Made by a program: the position numbers and the translations under genes. Under the pieces are notes generated by a model. It ran no database searches, had not been told where the DNA came from, and saw only the letters and a list, made by a program, of their open reading frames with translations. From the NCBI GenBank assembly GCA_946410595.1, contig CAMKAU010000004.1, forward strand, positions 1 to 59,218: DNA of 59,218 nt, given 5' to 3'. The stretch is from an uncultured Clostridia bacterium (GTDB taxonomy: Bacteria; Bacillota; Clostridia; Oscillospirales; CAG-272). Below are positions 26,805-36,492 of this stretch, one piece after another. Position 1 is the stretch's first letter. Each line of letters begins with the position of its first letter.

Positions 26805-27761
26805 TCAAAGCGAGGCGGCTCCGATGATACCGGCGTCGTTGCCAAGCTCGGCGATGCGAAGTTTTGTTTTTTTGGCGCTGCGGCGGGTGTACTGATCCCG
26901 CTCCACAAGGGGAACGAGGGGGTTAAGAAGCGCTTCTCCCTCCCCGGACAGTCCTCCTCCGATGGAGAGGACCTCCGGCTGGAAGATATTGACGAGATCG
27001 GTGATCCCGGCGGCAAGGTCGCAGAGGTATTCGTCGACAACGGCTTTGGCCTCGGCGTCGCCCTCCCGCATACAGGTAAAGGCGGTGCGCGCGCTCACCG
27101 CGGCCGGATCGCCGCCGACGGCGTCGAGCATTTTCGTGGGGATCCCGAGCGCGATCGCGCGGACAAGCCGCTCCCGCGTGCGGCGGACAAGCGCCGTGGC
27201 GCTGGCGTACGCTTCAAAACAGCCGCGCCTGCCGCAGGAGCAGAGGAGGCCGCCCTCCCGGAGCAGGATATGCCCGAGCTCCGCCGCGGCTCCGTTGACG
27301 CCGACGAGGATCTTCCCCCCGAGGATCACGCCGCCGCCGACACCGGTGCCGAGGGTGATCATAACCGAGTTTTTCGTCCCGCGCGAGGCGCCCGCGAGCG
27401 CCTCGCCGAGCGCGGCGGCGTTGCCGTCGTTGGAAAGGCGGACCTCCCGTCCGTCGAGGAGCGCGGAGAGCGTCCGGGCAAGCGGATAATCACGAAACGG
27501 CAGGTTGGAGGAATAGCTGATCGTTCCCTCCTCCGGGTCCACGGCGCCGGGGGACGCAACCCCGATCGCCCCGCAATCGGAAAGCGAAACGCCGTACTCC
27601 GCGGCAAGCGAGCGGCAAAGCTCCGCCATATCCGCGGCGATCTCCTCCGGCGGACGGCGCGCGCCGGTAGGGACGCTCTTTTTGGCGAGGAGGCGATAAT
27701 CCTCCCCGACCAGACCGGCGGCGATATTCGTCCCGCCGAGATCAATCCCGATCCGAAGCAT
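26805..27761 (-). CDS. ROK family sugar kinase (glucokinase-like)
   Basis: GIDLGGT, NDGNAAALGE, LGTGVGGG, ELGH, CSCGRRGCFE, GNDAGIIGAA. Confidence 0.93.
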   Translation of the reverse strand: MLRIGIDLGGTNIAAGLVGEDYRLLAKKSVPTGARRPPEEIAADMAELCRSLAAEYGVSLSDCGAIGVASPGAVDPEEGTISYSSNLPFRDYPLARTLSALLDGREVRLSNDGNAAALGEALAGASRGTKNSVMITLGTGVGGGVILGGKILVGVNGAAAELGHILLREGGLLCSCGRRGCFEAYASATALVRRTRERLVRAIALGIPTKMLDAVGGDPAAVSARTAFTCMREGDAEAKAVVDEYLCDLAAGITDLVNIFQPEVLSIGGGLSGEGEALLNPLVPLVERDQYTRRSAKKTKLRIAELGNDAGIIGAASL

Positions 27762-27791
27762 CCGTTTTTCCTCCGTTTTGATACTGGCTTT

Positions 27792-27820
27792 ATTGTAATC
27801 GCTTCGTCGCGCAAAGTCAA
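27792..27820 (-). promoter_or_regulatory. sigmaA promoter of ROK-thrH
   Basis: TTGACT-N17-TACAAT. Confidence 0.75.
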
Positions 27821-27863
27821 GGGGAAAGGAAAAATCCGACCGTCCGCGCCCGCCTTTTCCGGG

Positions 27864-27906
27864 GAAAAAACGGCGTCTCCCGCAAACCGGGAGACGCCGC
27901 TTTTTT
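27864..27906 (-). terminator. Terminator of the nucleoside ABC operon
   Basis: AAAAAACGGCGTCTCCCG-caaac-CGGGAGACGCCGCTTTTTT. Confidence 0.8.
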
Positions 27907-27926
27907 CTTTCAATCCCGCGCCGGGA

Positions 27927-28934
27927 TCAGCGCATCCCCTTATCGTACGGGATGCCCTCCGCCTTCGGCGCGCGGGAGCGCTTGGAGGTAAAGGCAAGGA
28001 CGATCAGGACGACCGCGTAGGGGATGAGGTTGTAGAAATACATCGGCAGGTTGAGATCCTTGAGGAAGAAGACCTCCTCCCCTTTGATCGTGACGCTGAT
28101 CTGCGGATAGATCACGCCGAGGCACTTGAGGAAGCCGAAAAGCAGCGAGCCGAACGCGATGCCGAGCGGCTTCCAGTTGCCGAAGATCATGATGGCAAGC
28201 GCAAGGAAGCCCATCCCGGCAACAGCGCCGGAGGCCGTTCCGTTTGCCACGGTGGCAACGTAGATATATCCGCCGAGACCGGCAAGCGCGCCGGAAACGG
28301 TAGTGCCGAGATAGCGCATCTTCTGCACGTCGATCCCCACGCTGGCCGCCGCCTGCGGATGCTCGCCGCAGGAGCGGAGGCGAAGGCCGGTCTTGGTCTT
28401 GTAGATCAAGATCGAGAAGAGGATAAAGAGCCCGACGGCGATAAAGGTGGAGATATACGCTTTGTCGAAAAAGACCTTACCGACGGGACCGAGATCGTCG
28501 TTGAGCAGAACAAAGCCGAAATCCTTCAGCTTGCCGCTGCTGTCCGCCTCCATCGTCATCTCCAGCTGGTCTTTGCTGAAGAAGACCTTGATGAAGAAGA
28601 GGGCGATCGCCGGGGCCAGCATATTCAGCGCCGTGCCGCCGATGGTCTGATCCGCCTTCAGCTTGATCGCGGAGAAGGAGAGAAGGAGCGAGAAGAGCGC
28701 CCCGCCCACCGCCGCAATCGCCATAGCGAGCAGGAAGGTCAGCTGATTGTGATCCACGAAATAGGGCGCTTTGCGGAGGAGGTAAGCGGTCAGCGCGCCG
28801 ATGAAGGAGCCGAAGATCATAATACCGTCAAGCGCGATATTGATGATGCCGCTGCGCTCCGCGTACATGCCCGCCAGCGCCACGATGAGCAGCGGGATGG
28901 AGAAGATCAGCGTTTTTTGAATGAGAAAGATCAC
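27927..28934 (-). CDS. Nucleoside/sugar ABC permease (NupC-like)
   Basis: ERSGIINIALDG, GLRLRSCGEHPQAAASVGI, GFLALAIMIFGNWKP. Confidence 0.92.
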   Translation of the reverse strand: MIFLIQKTLIFSIPLLIVALAGMYAERSGIINIALDGIMIFGSFIGALTAYLLRKAPYFVDHNQLTFLLAMAIAAVGGALFSLLLSFSAIKLKADQTIGGTALNMLAPAIALFFIKVFFSKDQLEMTMEADSSGKLKDFGFVLLNDDLGPVGKVFFDKAYISTFIAVGLFILFSILIYKTKTGLRLRSCGEHPQAAASVGIDVQKMRYLGTTVSGALAGLGGYIYVATVANGTASGAVAGMGFLALAIMIFGNWKPLGIAFGSLLFGFLKCLGVIYPQISVTIKGEEVFFLKDLNLPMYFYNLIPYAVVLIVLAFTSKRSRAPKAEGIPYDKGMR

Positions 28935-30214
28935 AGCGCGTTACCTCCCTTCTCCGTTTTTTCCTCCGCCTCGGCGGAGGCGTCCGCCGCAGCGGGCGCG
29001 GGGGGCTCCTTCGGATCCGGGTCCGGGAGAGGAGCGGCCGGGGCGGCTTCCGCTTTTTTGATCCGTTCTTTGGACAAAAGGTCCTTAATCAGCTTGGAGA
29101 AGCCGGAGAAATAGATGATCACGGCGACGATCAGCGGAGAGACGTACTCGTTGAAGGAGGTCTGCGCCGCCAGATTGGAGCCGCCGACCGAGATATACTT
29201 CAGGAAGATCGCGGAGAAGATCACGCCGATCGGGTTATTGCTGGCAAGCAGGGCGGCGGGAATGCCGTTGAAGCCGTCGGCGGGCAGGGAGAGGTAGGTG
29301 TTCCAGATGAAATCCTGCGCGCCGTTGAGGCACCAGAGCGCCGCGCCGCAGGCGGCGAGCGCGCCGGACAGCGCCATCGCGAGAACGATATTGCGCTTTT
29401 CGTTCATGCCGGCGTATTTGGAGGCGTTTTTGTTGTATCCGCACGCCTTCAGCTCGTAGCCGAACGTCGTTTTGTTGATCACGATATAAAGCACAACGGC
29501 GATCCCCGCGGCAAGGAAGATGCTGATATCCATATAGGAATTGCCGAGCAGCTTGTCAAGCCCGAGGGTCGCGGTCGCCACGCCGTTGGAGGCCGTTTTG
29601 CGGATGAAGCTGACCTTGGTCTCCGCGTAGTTGATGAAGCGGTCTCCCGACGCCTGGAAGATCCAGGAAACGAGGTTGGCGGCGATCCAGTTGGTCATGA
29701 TGCAGACGATCACTTCATTAACGTTGAAACGCGCCTTGAAAAACCCGGGGATCGCCCCCCAGATCATGCCGAGCAGCGTGCCGGCCAGCAGCGCGAGGAT
29801 CCACACGATCCACGAGGGGATCACGTCCGTCGGGAGAGAGAGGGAGACGATCAGCGCGCCCGTCGCGCCCATCAGATACTGCCCCGGCGCGCCGATATTG
29901 AACAGGCCGGTCTTGAAAGCGAGCGCGACCGAAAGGCCGGTCATGATCAGGGGCGTTGCCTGGAAGAGCATATTCCCGAGCTGGAAGAGCACGTCCTTTG
30001 CGCTGCCGGCGGAAAGCGGCCCGCCGAGAACGATCAGGATCCCGGAGAAGGCCTCCGAAAAGGGGATATCCTCCGCAAAGACGGCGAGCAGGAGCAGCAC
30101 GATAAACCCGACGAGGATCCCGCCGAGAATGCTGACGAGAGAGGCGAAGACCGATCTTGCGCCGCTCTTTTTCAGAAGAGGAACGCGCTTATCGGTTTTT
30201 TGCGGTCCGTTCAT
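28931..30214 (-). CDS. Nucleoside/sugar ABC permease (NupB-like)
   Basis: GLFNIGAPGQ, NEVIVCIMTNWIA, FGYELKACGYN...YAGM. Confidence 0.92.
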   Translation of the reverse strand: MNGPQKTDKRVPLLKKSGARSVFASLVSILGGILVGFIVLLLLAVFAEDIPFSEAFSGILIVLGGPLSAGSAKDVLFQLGNMLFQATPLIMTGLSVALAFKTGLFNIGAPGQYLMGATGALIVSLSLPTDVIPSWIVWILALLAGTLLGMIWGAIPGFFKARFNVNEVIVCIMTNWIAANLVSWIFQASGDRFINYAETKVSFIRKTASNGVATATLGLDKLLGNSYMDISIFLAAGIAVVLYIVINKTTFGYELKACGYNKNASKYAGMNEKRNIVLAMALSGALAACGAALWCLNGAQDFIWNTYLSLPADGFNGIPAALLASNNPIGVIFSAIFLKYISVGGSNLAAQTSFNEYVSPLIVAVIIYFSGFSKLIKDLLSKERIKKAEAAPAAPLPDPDPKEPPAPAAADASAEAEEKTEKGGNAL

Positions 30215-31800
30215 TTCTCGCTCGCCTCCTTATCCTGTCTTTTTGCGCCCGCCATGAAGAGCCCGAGCTCCTGCATGGTGACCGTCTTCGGGTCGAACTC
30301 GCCGGTGATCTCGCCCTCGTACATGACGAGGATCCGGTCGGAGAGGTTCATCACTTCGTCAAGCTCGAGAGAGATCAGCAGCACCGCCGCTCCCGCGTCC
30401 CGGGAGGCGACGATCCGCCGGTGGATCGACTCGATCGCGCCGACGTCCAGTCCTCTTGTCGGCTGGACGGCGATGAGCAGCTTGTGCTCACGGTCCATCT
30501 CCCGCGCGATGATCGCCTTTTGCTGGTTGCCGCCGGACATACTGCGCGCGACCGTTACAGGTCCCTGGCCGCTGCGCACGTCGTATTCCCCGATCAGCCG
30601 ATCCGCGTAGGCGCGGACGGCGTCGAACCGGATGAAGCCGTTTTTCTGGAAGTCCGCTTCAAAATACCGCTGCAGCACGAGGTTTTCCTCAAGCGAATAG
30701 TCGAGGACCAGTCCGTGCTTGTGACGGTCCTCCGGGATATGGCTCATCCCGTGCGTGTTCTTGTAGCGGATGCTCTTTTTGGTCACGTCCTCTCCGCAGA
30801 GGAGGACGGAGGAGCCCGGCTCCGCTTTTTCCAGTCCGGAGAGAGCGCCGACAAACTCGCTCTGGCCGTTGCCGTCGATGCCCGCGATGCAGACGATCTC
30901 CCCCGCCCGCACGGACAGGGAAACGTTACTGACGGCGTTTTTCTTGTGGATCCTGCTCCGGACCGTCAGATTGTTGATCTCAAGGACCGTCTCCTTCGGT
31001 TCGGCGGGCGCTTTGTCGACCGTGAACTTGACGTTCCGGCCGACCATCATATTGGAAAGCTCCTCTTTGGTCGTGTCCGCGATATTCACGGTGCCGATAT
31101 ACTTCCCTTTGCGCAGAACGGTGCAGCGGTCCGCGACCTCCATGATCTCGTTGAGCTTGTGGGAAATAAAGAGGATGGACTTCCCTTCCGCCGCGAGCCC
31201 GCGGATGATGCCGATCAGCTCGGTGATCTCCTGCGGCGTCAGGACCGCCGTCGGCTCGTCAAAAATCAAAATCTCGTTTTCGCGGTAGAGCATCTTGAGG
31301 ATCTCCGTCCGCTGCTGCATCCCGACGGTGATGTCCTCCACGAGCGCGTCCGGGTCCACGTTCAGACCGTAGCTCTCGGAGAGCGCCAGGATCCGTTCGC
31401 GCGCGGCCTTTTTATTGAGAAAGCCGAGCGTGTTCGGCTCCACGCCGAGGATGATATTGTCGAGAACGGTAAATACGTCGACCAGCTTGAAGTGCTGGTG
31501 GACCATCCCGATCCCGAGGGCGTTTGCGTCGTTGGGGTCGCGGATCGTAACCTTTTCGCCGTCTTTGTAGATCTCGCCCTCTTCCGGCTGGTAAAGGCCG
31601 AAGAGAACCGACATCAGCGTCGATTTGCCCGCGCCGTTTTCCCCGAGCAGAGCGTGGATCTCGCCCCGCCGGAGCTGGAGGGTGATATGGTCGTTTGCCA
31701 CGATACCGGGAAAGACCTTCGTGATATTGCGCATCTCGATCACGTACGGGGAGTCCGCCTTCCCGGTCCGGAGATCCTGCTCCTGTCTTGTTTCGTTCAT
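30211..31800 (-). CDS. Nucleoside/sugar ABC ATP-binding protein, two NBDs (NupA-like)
   Basis: GENGAGKS, VHQHF, DEPTAVL, IPEDR, SGGNQQK, QPTRGLDVGA. Start at ATG 31800. Confidence 0.95.
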   Translation of the reverse strand: MNETRQEQDLRTGKADSPYVIEMRNITKVFPGIVANDHITLQLRRGEIHALLGENGAGKSTLMSVLFGLYQPEEGEIYKDGEKVTIRDPNDANALGIGMVHQHFKLVDVFTVLDNIILGVEPNTLGFLNKKAARERILALSESYGLNVDPDALVEDITVGMQQRTEILKMLYRENEILIFDEPTAVLTPQEITELIGIIRGLAAEGKSILFISHKLNEIMEVADRCTVLRKGKYIGTVNIADTTKEELSNMMVGRNVKFTVDKAPAEPKETVLEINNLTVRSRIHKKNAVSNVSLSVRAGEIVCIAGIDGNGQSEFVGALSGLEKAEPGSSVLLCGEDVTKKSIRYKNTHGMSHIPEDRHKHGLVLDYSLEENLVLQRYFEADFQKNGFIRFDAVRAYADRLIGEYDVRSGQGPVTVARSMSGGNQQKAIIAREMDREHKLLIAVQPTRGLDVGAIESIHRRIVASRDAGAAVLLISLELDEVMNLSDRILVMYEGEITGEFDPKTVTMQELGLFMAGAKRQDKEASEK

Positions 31801-31832
31801 ACAAGTTCTCTCTTTTCTTTTGAGATACAAGC

Positions 31833-31863
31833 AAAAAAGGGATGGCGTTGCCGCCATCCCTTT
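31833..31863 (-). terminator. Intra-operon hairpin after the BMP gene
   Basis: AAAGGGATGGCG-ttgc-CGCCATCCCTTT, with a T-run on the minus strand; typical partial terminator/stabiliser after a binding-protein gene. Confidence 0.7.
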
Positions 31864-31871
31864 CGTCCGGA

Positions 31872-32942
31872 TTATTTTTCGATGGTGACGGTGACCTTGG
31901 TAAGCCCGGCGGTCACATCGGCAGGAACATCGGCGACCGGGACGATCTCGCCGCTCTTGATCTTGTTGAAGACCTCTTTGTACTGATCCACGGTGAAGTT
32001 CTTGAGGCGCCAGGTATCGATCGGCAGACCGGTAGAATCTTCGGCAGCGCCGAGGTTCTGCGCCTTGTTGGCAAGCTCCGCATCCCATTTGCCTTCGTAG
32101 AACTGGCCGAGGACCTTCTCAACGGAAACGGCAAGGCCCTTGACGGCGGAGGTGATGACCTTCTCGGATTCGCCGGACTGGTCAACGTCAACGCCGATGA
32201 TCTTCGCGTTCGGATATTCGCCCGCCGCGCTCTTCACGGACTGGAACATCGAGCCGCCGCAGGAGAAGACGACCTCGGTCCCGTCGGCATACCAGCCGGC
32301 GATCTGGGTCTGGAGCTCGTTGGAGGGGTTGAAGTTTTCGCCGTACTTGAAGCTGTACTTCATCGCGACATCCACGTTCTTGATCTTCGCGGCAGCCTCG
32401 GCGCCCTGAATGAAGCCGTAGCCGAAACGGTTGACAGCGGGGTTGGCTCCGCCGCCGCCGCCCGTGAAGCCGAGCTTGGTGTAACCTTCCATAACGGCGG
32501 CGTAGCCGGCGAGATAGCCGGACTCCTGCTCCTTGTAGACGATGGCGGTGACGTTGTCAAGGCCGAGAGCCCAGCCGTCGACGAAAACGAACTTAACGTC
32601 CGGGTTCGCGGTGGCGACTTCCGTCATAGCGGTGGCCTGCAGGAAGCCGGGGGCGACGATGATCTTCGCGCCGTTGTTGATCGCGAGCTTCATCGCGGCA
32701 ACGCGGTCGTTATCGGTCGCGTCGCTGCCGTTGGCGGGCTGATAATACTTGTAGTTGATCTTGTGGGCTTCCGCGTAGGCCTTCGCGCCTTCGTAGGTAC
32801 CCTGGTTGAAGCCCTTGTCCATCAGCTGACCGATATCGGTCACGACGGCGATCTCATAGGTTTTCTTCTCGCAGGAGGCGAAAAGAGAGACCGCGCCGAG
32901 CAGCATGGAAAGACAAAGAACGATGCCGAGAAACTTTTTCAT
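31872..32942 (-). CDS. BMP family nucleoside-binding lipoprotein
   Basis: Lipobox FASC, DKGFNQ, GYLAG, IIGVDVDQ, ITSAVK. Confidence 0.95.
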   Translation of the reverse strand: MKKFLGIVLCLSMLLGAVSLFASCEKKTYEIAVVTDIGQLMDKGFNQGTYEGAKAYAEAHKINYKYYQPANGSDATDNDRVAAMKLAINNGAKIIVAPGFLQATAMTEVATANPDVKFVFVDGWALGLDNVTAIVYKEQESGYLAGYAAVMEGYTKLGFTGGGGGANPAVNRFGYGFIQGAEAAAKIKNVDVAMKYSFKYGENFNPSNELQTQIAGWYADGTEVVFSCGGSMFQSVKSAAGEYPNAKIIGVDVDQSGESEKVITSAVKGLAVSVEKVLGQFYEGKWDAELANKAQNLGAAEDSTGLPIDTWRLKNFTVDQYKEVFNKIKSGEIVPVADVPADVTAGLTKVTVTIEK

Positions 32943-33112
32943 TGCGTTGGATCCTCCCTAAAAATCAAATTTGAGGTGTAATGCAAAAACAATATATCAT
33001 ATTTATCCAAAAATTGCAAGAGATTTGTGAATATTTTGTGATGATTTTTTGTTTTTGCAGGAAGGGCTGCCGTTTTCTGCGTTTTTTCCGGTTTTTTTGC
33101 GTTCCGAGCGGC

Positions 33113-33150
33113 AAAAAAAGACGGAAGGACCGGGTCCTTCCGCCTTTTTT
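33113..33150 (-). terminator. Terminator after darA
   Basis: Minus strand AAAGGCGGAAGGAC-ccg-GTCCTTCCGTCTTTTTTT. Confidence 0.8.
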
Positions 33151-33475
33151 ACAGTTTTTCGCAGCTTTCCACGTTCAGAACGAACACCGTGGCGCCGCCC
33201 ACCTTGACCTTCGGCGGGAGACTGTCCGCCTTCATCCCTTTGCCGAACGCGGTAACCGGCGTCGCCATCTGGCGGCGGGTCACGCAGTGCTCTTTGAGGA
33301 TCTCCAGAACGTGAGGGACGCCTTCGTCCTCCGTGCCGATGAGAAGGGTGGTGTTTCCGACCATGAGAAAGCCGCCCGTGGTAGAAAGCCGCGTGACGAA
33401 ATATCCCTCCGCCGTGAGCGAGGACGCGGCGACCGCGCTGTCGTCGTTGTTTACGATCGCGAGTACGAGTTTCAT
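33149..33475 (-). CDS. darA: Cyclic-di-AMP receptor, PII-like (DarA/PstA/YaaQ)
   Basis: MKLVLAIV...DD...TRLSTTGGFL..GNTTLLIG...VGGATVFVL, 108 aa. Confidence 0.93.
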   Translation of the reverse strand: MKLVLAIVNNDDSAVAASSLTAEGYFVTRLSTTGGFLMVGNTTLLIGTEDEGVPHVLEILKEHCVTRRQMATPVTAFGKGMKADSLPPKVKVGGATVFVLNVESCEKL

Positions 33476-33492
33476 TCTCTTTCTCCTTCTTT

Positions 33493-33987
33493 TTACAGAT
33501 AAAAGTCTATCAGATTCCGGCTCCGTTTGTCAAGCCGGCGCAGATCGGGGATCTCGTAGCGGTTATCGGTGCTGTCGCGGATCAGTACGCGCGTACCGCA
33601 GACCAGCTTGATCGAATGGACGATATTGCGTACGTCGAAGGCGTGATCCCCCTTGTCCGTTACCACGGAGAAGGAGACCTTCCCGAACTTTTCCGTGATG
33701 CTTTTGATCGCCGTGATCTTCGGGATGCGGTAGTATTCCTCCAGGCAGGAAAGGATGATCGCTTTTCCCTCCTCCGAGAGATCGTTGAGATCCCGGATGA
33801 TCCCCACCTCGTCCTGATCCTGATCCAGCAGGGTGATATAGCGGTCGGTCCCGCTGAGGGGAAAGAGGCGCCGGGGCTCGACCCCCTCGACCGTCTCGCC
33901 GGAGAAAAGCTCCATATCCGCCACCGTCAGGTCGCGGCGGGTAAAGCGGGCGTTGTTGCCGTCGATATAGAGGCGTTCCCGTTTCAT
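33493..33987 (-). CDS. DUF1854-like protein
   Basis: VEPRRLFPLS..D.YI, LEEYYRIPKI..I, VVTDKG...F, IRDSTDNRYEI.D...LD..S. Confidence 0.85.
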   Translation of the reverse strand: MKRERLYIDGNNARFTRRDLTVADMELFSGETVEGVEPRRLFPLSGTDRYITLLDQDQDEVGIIRDLNDLSEEGKAIILSCLEEYYRIPKITAIKSITEKFGKVSFSVVTDKGDHAFDVRNIVHSIKLVCGTRVLIRDSTDNRYEIPDLRRLDKRSRNLIDFYL

Positions 33988-36266
33988 TCGAACCTCTCCT
34001 CCTCTTTCATCTTCTCCGCGTCGGCGCGCATCGTCTGGATCTGGACCAGGCGGTAGTACTTCCCTTTCTTTTCCATCAGCTCCTCCGGCGTGCCCATCTC
34101 GAGGATCTCGCCCTTGTCGACAACGATGATCTTGGTGGCGCGGCGCAGGGTGGAGAGGCGGTGGGCGACCATAATGGTCGTCCGCCCGCTGATCAGACGC
34201 TCGATCGCCCCCTGGATCAGCGCTTCCGTCTCCGAGTCGACCGAGGCGGTCGCCTCGTCAAAGAAGAGGATGCTCGGGTTTTTGAGGACCGCGCGGGCAA
34301 TGGAAAGACGCTGCTTTTCCCCGCCGGAAACGCCGATGCCGCGCTCGCCGAGGAGGGTATCGTACCCGTCCGGCATCCGGGCGATGAACTCGTGCGCGTT
34401 CGCCACGTCCGCCGCGTGGATCACTTCCTCGGGGGTGGGATCGTCGCTGCCGAAGGCGATATTGTTGAAGATCGTATCCCGGAACATCATCGGCTCCTGC
34501 TGGACGTAACCGATCTTCGAGCGGTAGAAGTTCATATCGATCTTGCGGATATCGATATCGTCCACCAGGATCTCGCCGTCATAGCCGTCGTAGTAGCGCA
34601 TCAGGAGGTTGATCATCGTCGACTTGCCGGAGCCGGTCGTCCCGACGATGCCGACGATCTCCCCCGGTTCGATCACGAAGTTGATATCCGAGAGGGTGTT
34701 CTTCGAGCGGTCAAAGGAGAAGTTGACGTGGCGGAACTCGATCTTGCCTTTGAAGTTCTTCGGGTGGTTACCGGCGGAGAAGTCGTTTTCCGGCTCGGCG
34801 TCGATAATGTCCATGATCCGCTCCGCCGCCGCCAGCGCGTGCTGATAGGAATCGTTGAGGTTGGCGAAGAAGTTGACGGGGCCGTAGAACATCGAGGTAT
34901 AGGAAATGAAGGAAACGAGCAGACCGACCGAGATGGCTTCCGACGCGCCGTTGATGACGTAGGTACCGCCGAGCCCCCAGATGAGCAGCGAGCCGCAGGT
35001 GATGACGAAGGAGATCAGATGCGGGAAGCTGATGGTGATCCGGGCGCTGCGGATATCGGTCTTGAGCCATTCGTCGTTATATTCGTTGAAGTTATCGATC
35101 GCCTTCTTTTCGCTTGTGAACGCCTTGATCACGCGGATCCCGGGCAGGGTGTCCGTGAGGATCGAGGTAACCGCCGACCAGCGCCGCCAGATCTTGACGT
35201 AGAAGGGGCGGATCTTCTGCCCGAAAACGCGGGCGAACACCACGACGAACGGAACGGGGATGAGAGAAAGGAGGGTGAGCTCCCAGTTCATCGAGAGCAT
35301 GATGACGACGATCCCGATCAGCTGGAAGAACTGGACGACGACCTCCTGCGTGATCCGCAGCATAAAGGCCTGCAGGGTCGAAGTGTCGCCGCTGATGCGG
35401 TTGATGACCGAGCCGGTGGAGGTGCTGTCGTAGAAGCGCATCGGCAGGTACTGGGCCTTTGCGTAGATATCCGCGCGGAACTCCTTGACGATGCTGTCCC
35501 CGCATTTGCGCAGGTAGTAGGAACGGACGATCCCGAGCAGATGCTGCAGAAGATGCGCGCCGAAGAGGAGGGCGACGACGATATGCAGCAGGCGAAGATC
35601 GTTGTTTGGGAAGACCTCGTCCACGAGGGTCTTGGTCATATAGGGCGGCAAGAGGGACATCGCCGTCGTCACGACCGAGAGCAGAACGCAGAAAAGGAGC
35701 AGCCATTTGTGCGGGAGAATGTAGCGCGCGATCTTTTTGATAAAGCGGCGCTTGGAGGAGCAGTAGATACACGCGGCGCCCGGCCGGATGAGAGAACGCC
35801 CGCACTTCGGGCACACGGAGCGCTGCTTTTCAAAGGTCTCCTCCAGAGCGGGCAGGAGAGCTTCCAGCGCTTCGCCTTCCGCCGCGCGGGCGATAAACAA
35901 AGCCGCCGCTTCAAAAACGGAAGCGGTCTTGAGAGAAAAACGGATAAAATTGTCGGTTTTTCCGTCGCGTTTCCGGATCGTCAAAAGCGCGTTGCCGTAA
36001 CAGCGCTTGACGTCCGCCGATTCAATTTCGTCATAGGGAAGACGGATCGCTCCGTCTCCGTCCGCGGCGGAAGAATACACGGCCTTGCCGGTCGCGAAAA
36101 AGAGGGAGTTTCCGTAGCGGCCATCCATGGAAAGGTCCGCCGGGATGACAAAAAGGACTTCCTCGTCTCCCGAAAGCGTTTTGATCCGCTCCGTCTGACT
36201 TGCGGTCAGATCGACGCTGGAGCGAAAAAGCTGCTGCGCTTCCGGGTCCTCGTGCGTATGATGCAT
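33984..36266 (-). CDS. Fused permease/ATPase ABC exporter with N-terminal extra domain and Zn ribbon
   Basis: N-terminal ~150 aa domain, CPKC-x11-CIYC, TMD, GTTGSGKS, VSGGEKQR, DEAT. Start is either ATG 36266 (GGAGG nearby) or GTG 36326. Confidence 0.9.
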   Translation of the reverse strand: MHHTHEDPEAQQLFRSSVDLTASQTERIKTLSGDEEVLFVIPADLSMDGRYGNSLFFATGKAVYSSAADGDGAIRLPYDEIESADVKRCYGNALLTIRKRDGKTDNFIRFSLKTASVFEAAALFIARAAEGEALEALLPALEETFEKQRSVCPKCGRSLIRPGAACIYCSSKRRFIKKIARYILPHKWLLLFCVLLSVVTTAMSLLPPYMTKTLVDEVFPNNDLRLLHIVVALLFGAHLLQHLLGIVRSYYLRKCGDSIVKEFRADIYAKAQYLPMRFYDSTSTGSVINRISGDTSTLQAFMLRITQEVVVQFFQLIGIVVIMLSMNWELTLLSLIPVPFVVVFARVFGQKIRPFYVKIWRRWSAVTSILTDTLPGIRVIKAFTSEKKAIDNFNEYNDEWLKTDIRSARITISFPHLISFVITCGSLLIWGLGGTYVINGASEAISVGLLVSFISYTSMFYGPVNFFANLNDSYQHALAAAERIMDIIDAEPENDFSAGNHPKNFKGKIEFRHVNFSFDRSKNTLSDINFVIEPGEIVGIVGTTGSGKSTMINLLMRYYDGYDGEILVDDIDIRKIDMNFYRSKIGYVQQEPMMFRDTIFNNIAFGSDDPTPEEVIHAADVANAHEFIARMPDGYDTLLGERGIGVSGGEKQRLSIARAVLKNPSILFFDEATASVDSETEALIQGAIERLISGRTTIMVAHRLSTLRRATKIIVVDKGEILEMGTPEELMEKKGKYYRLVQIQTMRADAEKMKEEERFE

Positions 36267-36337
36267 AAACCTCCGGGGCGGGTGAGGCGCCCATCCGCTG
36301 CTGCCGCGCTTGTCGCGGTGCTTCACAGATTATTCAT

Positions 36338-36366
36338 ATTAAAACAAACCGGCCGGGGAATGTCAA
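36338..36366 (-). promoter_or_regulatory. sigmaA promoter of the ABC-DUF1854-darA operon
   Basis: TTGACA-N17-TTTAAT. Confidence 0.7.
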
Positions 36367-36492
36367 CCGTTTTACAAAAAATTCGTCCCCCCTTCCGGAA
36401 ATAAAAAAGTTTTTATAATTTCTGTAAAAAAGGGCGCTTCCGCTTTCGGCGAAAGAGCCCTCTTTTTCCGTTTGATTCCGTCGTTCCGGCGC

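Noticed and set aside
32943-33110. Purine riboswitch upstream of the BMP operon (also checked upstream of guaA)
   Set aside because: Leaders are short and lack the purine aptamer consensus.
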